A stretch of DNA of 64,000 nt from Eledone cirrhosa (lineage: Eukaryota), in contig OZ024742.1 in NCBI GenBank assembly GCA_964016885.1, positions 67,704,001 through 67,768,000 of the forward strand. Reading direction: 5' to 3'. A program made the position numbers and the translations under genes. The notes beneath the pieces were generated by a model. The model had not been told where the DNA came from, did not search any database, and saw only the letters and a program-made list of their open reading frames with translations. Below are positions 60,640 to 64,000 of the stretch, one piece after another (position 1 is the first letter of the stretch; each line of letters begins with the position of its first letter).

Positions 60640-63306
60640 GGGTTCCCAAGAGGGAGATTAGAGTAATGTAAATAGGCTTTAGTAAAATATAACGCTAGAA
60701 AGATTAAGAGGCCGAGCTGGTAGCTAAACTAGACGAGTCGATTTGCTGTGGTATTGCAACTAACGCTGTAGTGGTAAGAATGGCATGAGACAATTTATTC
60801 AAGGCGAAATACGAAGGTTGCATTGTCAGAGCTAAGGCACGAGACCTAAGAAACGAGGAAACAAAAGCTGTTCGATGGGCCCGTGTGGTGAGATCACAGC
60901 CTGGTAACAATACCACGATCAGGTCATTGACGGACCGAGAGGAACACATTCTGAACAATTCCAAACAGAAGCGTGCTGCATTTCGCCAGCTCGACTGTTC
61001 GGGTAGGATCGGAGAGTGTGGCGGACTTCAGTTCCTAGCCCGACGGCCTCCCGAGACTCTCCCCAGCCGAATCTGAGTGCTGTGAAAGGGCCGATAATAT
61101 CAGCCGAGATTCGAAAAGCCTTGGCCGGTTGCACGAGGCACATGTCACCCGGCGTGGAAGGTCTGCCTTACGAGGTTTACGTAGATATGCCAGAAATGTA
61201 CTCCAATCTCATTGAAGCGATCTACTATAACTGGCAGCAGAGCGTTAGTATTCCTAGTCATGTCAGCCGGGGCGTAGTAACACTGCCGAGGAAAGACGAA
61301 AACAAGAGGGATATGTTAAATAATTTCAGGCCCATATCTCTGCTAAACACACATTTAGGGATTTGGGCCAAGGTGTTAGCGAAGAAGTCGCAGATTATCA
61401 TTGAGTGTCCTGTAGAAGAGGCGCAAACTTGCACGAGCCCAATTAGATCCGTACACGACAACCTCGACCTCATGCGATAACTCATAGAATGTGTTGGGGT
61501 TAAACACGACTTCCTTGGAATTATGATCAATTTAGATCAATCGAAAGATTTCGATAGAGTCGACCATCAATACTAGCCACCTATCGGAACCGTTTCAGAT
61601 CACACGATTGGTCTGACAAGAGTGCCTTTTCTTCTCCCTTCAGTACGTATTGACACCCGAGCCTTTTCTTCAGAAGCTGGAACGGTTGCAAGGTAACCCG
61701 CTCGAACCGGGACGTGGAAGGGCTGCTTCACCATATGCAGACGACCTCACCGTGAAGGTGTCGAACTATTGGGAACTCGGGGGGAGGCGGGGGGCATCAC
61801 TTTCCTAAAGGAATATGAAATTTGACAAATGCAAAACTGAACCCGGAAATGTCGGTGGATTTGCTGCCTGGCACCTGGATAGACAAATTCATGCAACAGC
61901 GTCGTGAAACGGACCGGTGAAGTTACTCGGGGTCTGGTTCGGACCAGATATTCAGGTGAATAAGAACTGGGAAGAGGTAACGAGCAGAGTGATTAGTTTC
62001 TCACAGAAATGAGCCGAAGGAAAACTATGCCTGAAAGTTCCGGCGTATGTGGTGAATGCGTACATAACGTCCGTCCTTCTATTACCACCTGACCGTCGTG
62101 TCATGCCTCCGTTCACACCTCACCAAATTGGAACGCCTGCTCTTCAATTTTTTGTGGAAATGACAGGTTCCGTTTGTGTGATGCTCTATCAGTTGCCAGC
62201 TCAATCTAGGCAGAGGGCTGGGCATGCCGAAGCAGATGATGCGCAAACATGCATCGGTGGCTACGGCATCTTTAGATATTCTTAAACCGTGAACAGGTGT
62301 AGTCGCTGTTTGCACAGCTCGTCTCTTTGACTGACCTGCAGTCATGGATCTAGAGACTGAGAGTAGGGCCTGATATCTGGAATGTTGCCCGGTGTTCATT
62401 GCCCTCTATGAGGCGAGCAATGCAGTCATTGGAACTTCCACGTTCGAGTTATATAGAGGATTAGTGGTGGACCAGTGTGACGACGAACTCGGAGAGGCTC
62501 TTGGCGTCACCGAAATAGAACTGACTTGTCCGTTCCGGATGACTTTCGAGCTAGGGACTATAAACAACTTCCAGATATACCTCACTTAGCAGTGCTGCCG
62601 AGGAGCACTACCGATTTGAGATAAAGTCTACAGGCACGGAAGTGCGGTCAGGCGGACTAGTCCGAGATGCATGAGGAGCGGCGAAGGTGTTCTGCACGCA
62701 CTCGTCCAGTGAGCATGGAAGTTGTGGAATTACGTCGAACAGCCGTTATTGCGTGTGGGACTGATCCGGCTATCGACCGAGTCCATCGTGAAAATCGTCC
62801 CACCACCTCTTTTTGGTCAGGAAGGACAGGCAGTTTTTTTACTTGGTGGCTGTATCGAAAGAGGTTGAGTGGTGGAAGAGGCTGAAAAGACTGAAGACAG
62901 ATACTTTTCTCTTCGGACAATCCCTCATCAACTTTTCGGCGTTTTACTTGGAAAGGAAGGTGACGGTGGAGAAGCAAATGCCCCCCCCCCCTCTTCCCAG
63001 TACATTTTCTAAAAGGTTGGTGAATGTAGCGAGGATGGCACATGGGAATGGGTCAACTCTGACTATGCACCTGTAAGGTGGCTGATTTGAAGGGGAGATG
63101 TGTTTCCTCCTCGTGTACTCTCGAATGGTTCAGGATTGGTGAGGTTCCTGCGTCTCCCTTGTGTGGTCCTCTTCCTATTGAGGAATTTCCATTGTTGTAC
63201 TTCATTGTTTATTGACATTGTTTTATATTGTTTACTCTATTTTATTGTAAACCCCCACTATCCCTGTCAATTGTATTGTCGTCTATATATTGTTGCAAAT
63301 AAAGAA
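60640..63306 (+). mobile_element. 5'-truncated, degraded Tx1/L1-like LINE ORF2 plus 3' UTR
   Basis: SPGVEGLPYE, NFRPISLLN, LDQSKDFDRVDH and YADD; colinear with 31896-34240 on the opposite strand; ends AATAAAGAAG. Confidence 0.88.
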
Positions 63307-63339
63307 GTTAGTATTATTATTATTAATGTGATAAATATA

Positions 63340-63513
63340 AGGGCAGTGGATTGGCCGTATCGGTAGAGGGTTGGACGCAATGTTATGTGGCATAGAGTTA
63401 CGGCCCTTTATGATCTGAGATCAAATCCCGCCGAGGTTACCTTTGCCTTTCATCCTACGGGGTCGATAAAATAATCGACTTTCCCCTCCCCCAAAATTGC
63501 TGGCCTTGTGCCA
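63340..63513 (+). mobile_element. SINE family A with TSD ATTATTAATGTGATA
   Basis: Match to consensus plus flanking duplication. Confidence 0.88.
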
Positions 63514-64000
63514 TTATTAATGTGATATACATTATTATTACACATATAGTAATAATTATTAATTTCAATATATAATAAGCAATGTATATCGCTAATTAAT
63601 TAGTACGTCCGGACAAGTTATTTTCCCGCTACCATATGACGTAGAAATGATCCCGTCGAATCTATCCCCGACACTGCAGGTTCTCCTTCCCGTCGACACA
63701 TTCATATGATATGTCTTTCTACAGGTTGAACATGATATTTGCATGTAGCTTCTTTATCAAAGCAATATGATAAAGTAGAAGCTACGCTATATATAGTCCT
63801 GGAAGAACCAAACTACTGCTTGCACCTGTTGAAATCTACCGTATATAGTAACAATTGCTACCAGAATATTTCTGTTGTCACCTGACATGTTGTTTATCTC
63901 TTGTGAACGGAAAATTAAAGATAGCTAGATGGATCATATCGCTATTTACGTATAGTAAATAAGAAAGCCGTGAAATATATGTGGGGACAAAAATAGATAG

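Overview
AT-rich, microsatellite-dense eukaryotic DNA with no intact host gene that I can identify. The repeat repertoire suggests a cephalopod such as Octopus (inference). Bases 1-9403 are a ~499-bp tandem satellite. The rest is a patchwork of retroelements: four Tx1/L1-like LINE copies (three next to GATA repeats), a CR1-like LINE, an R4/Dong-like fragment, more than 20 copies of one tRNA-derived SINE, MITE-like elements, and many Penelope-like element (PLE) remnants. The main signal is RNA-level. At least eight type I hammerhead ribozyme folds with intact cores, from about five sequence families, plus several degenerate ones, can be read by eye. Most lie in asymmetric fold-back PLE insertions in (TA)n tracts. 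The satellite monomer is homologous to a dispersed element at ~43.7-44.25 kb, and both carry hammerhead core motifs in circularly permuted order. Coordinates were read by eye and are approximate to a few bases; no folding, alignment or database search was run.
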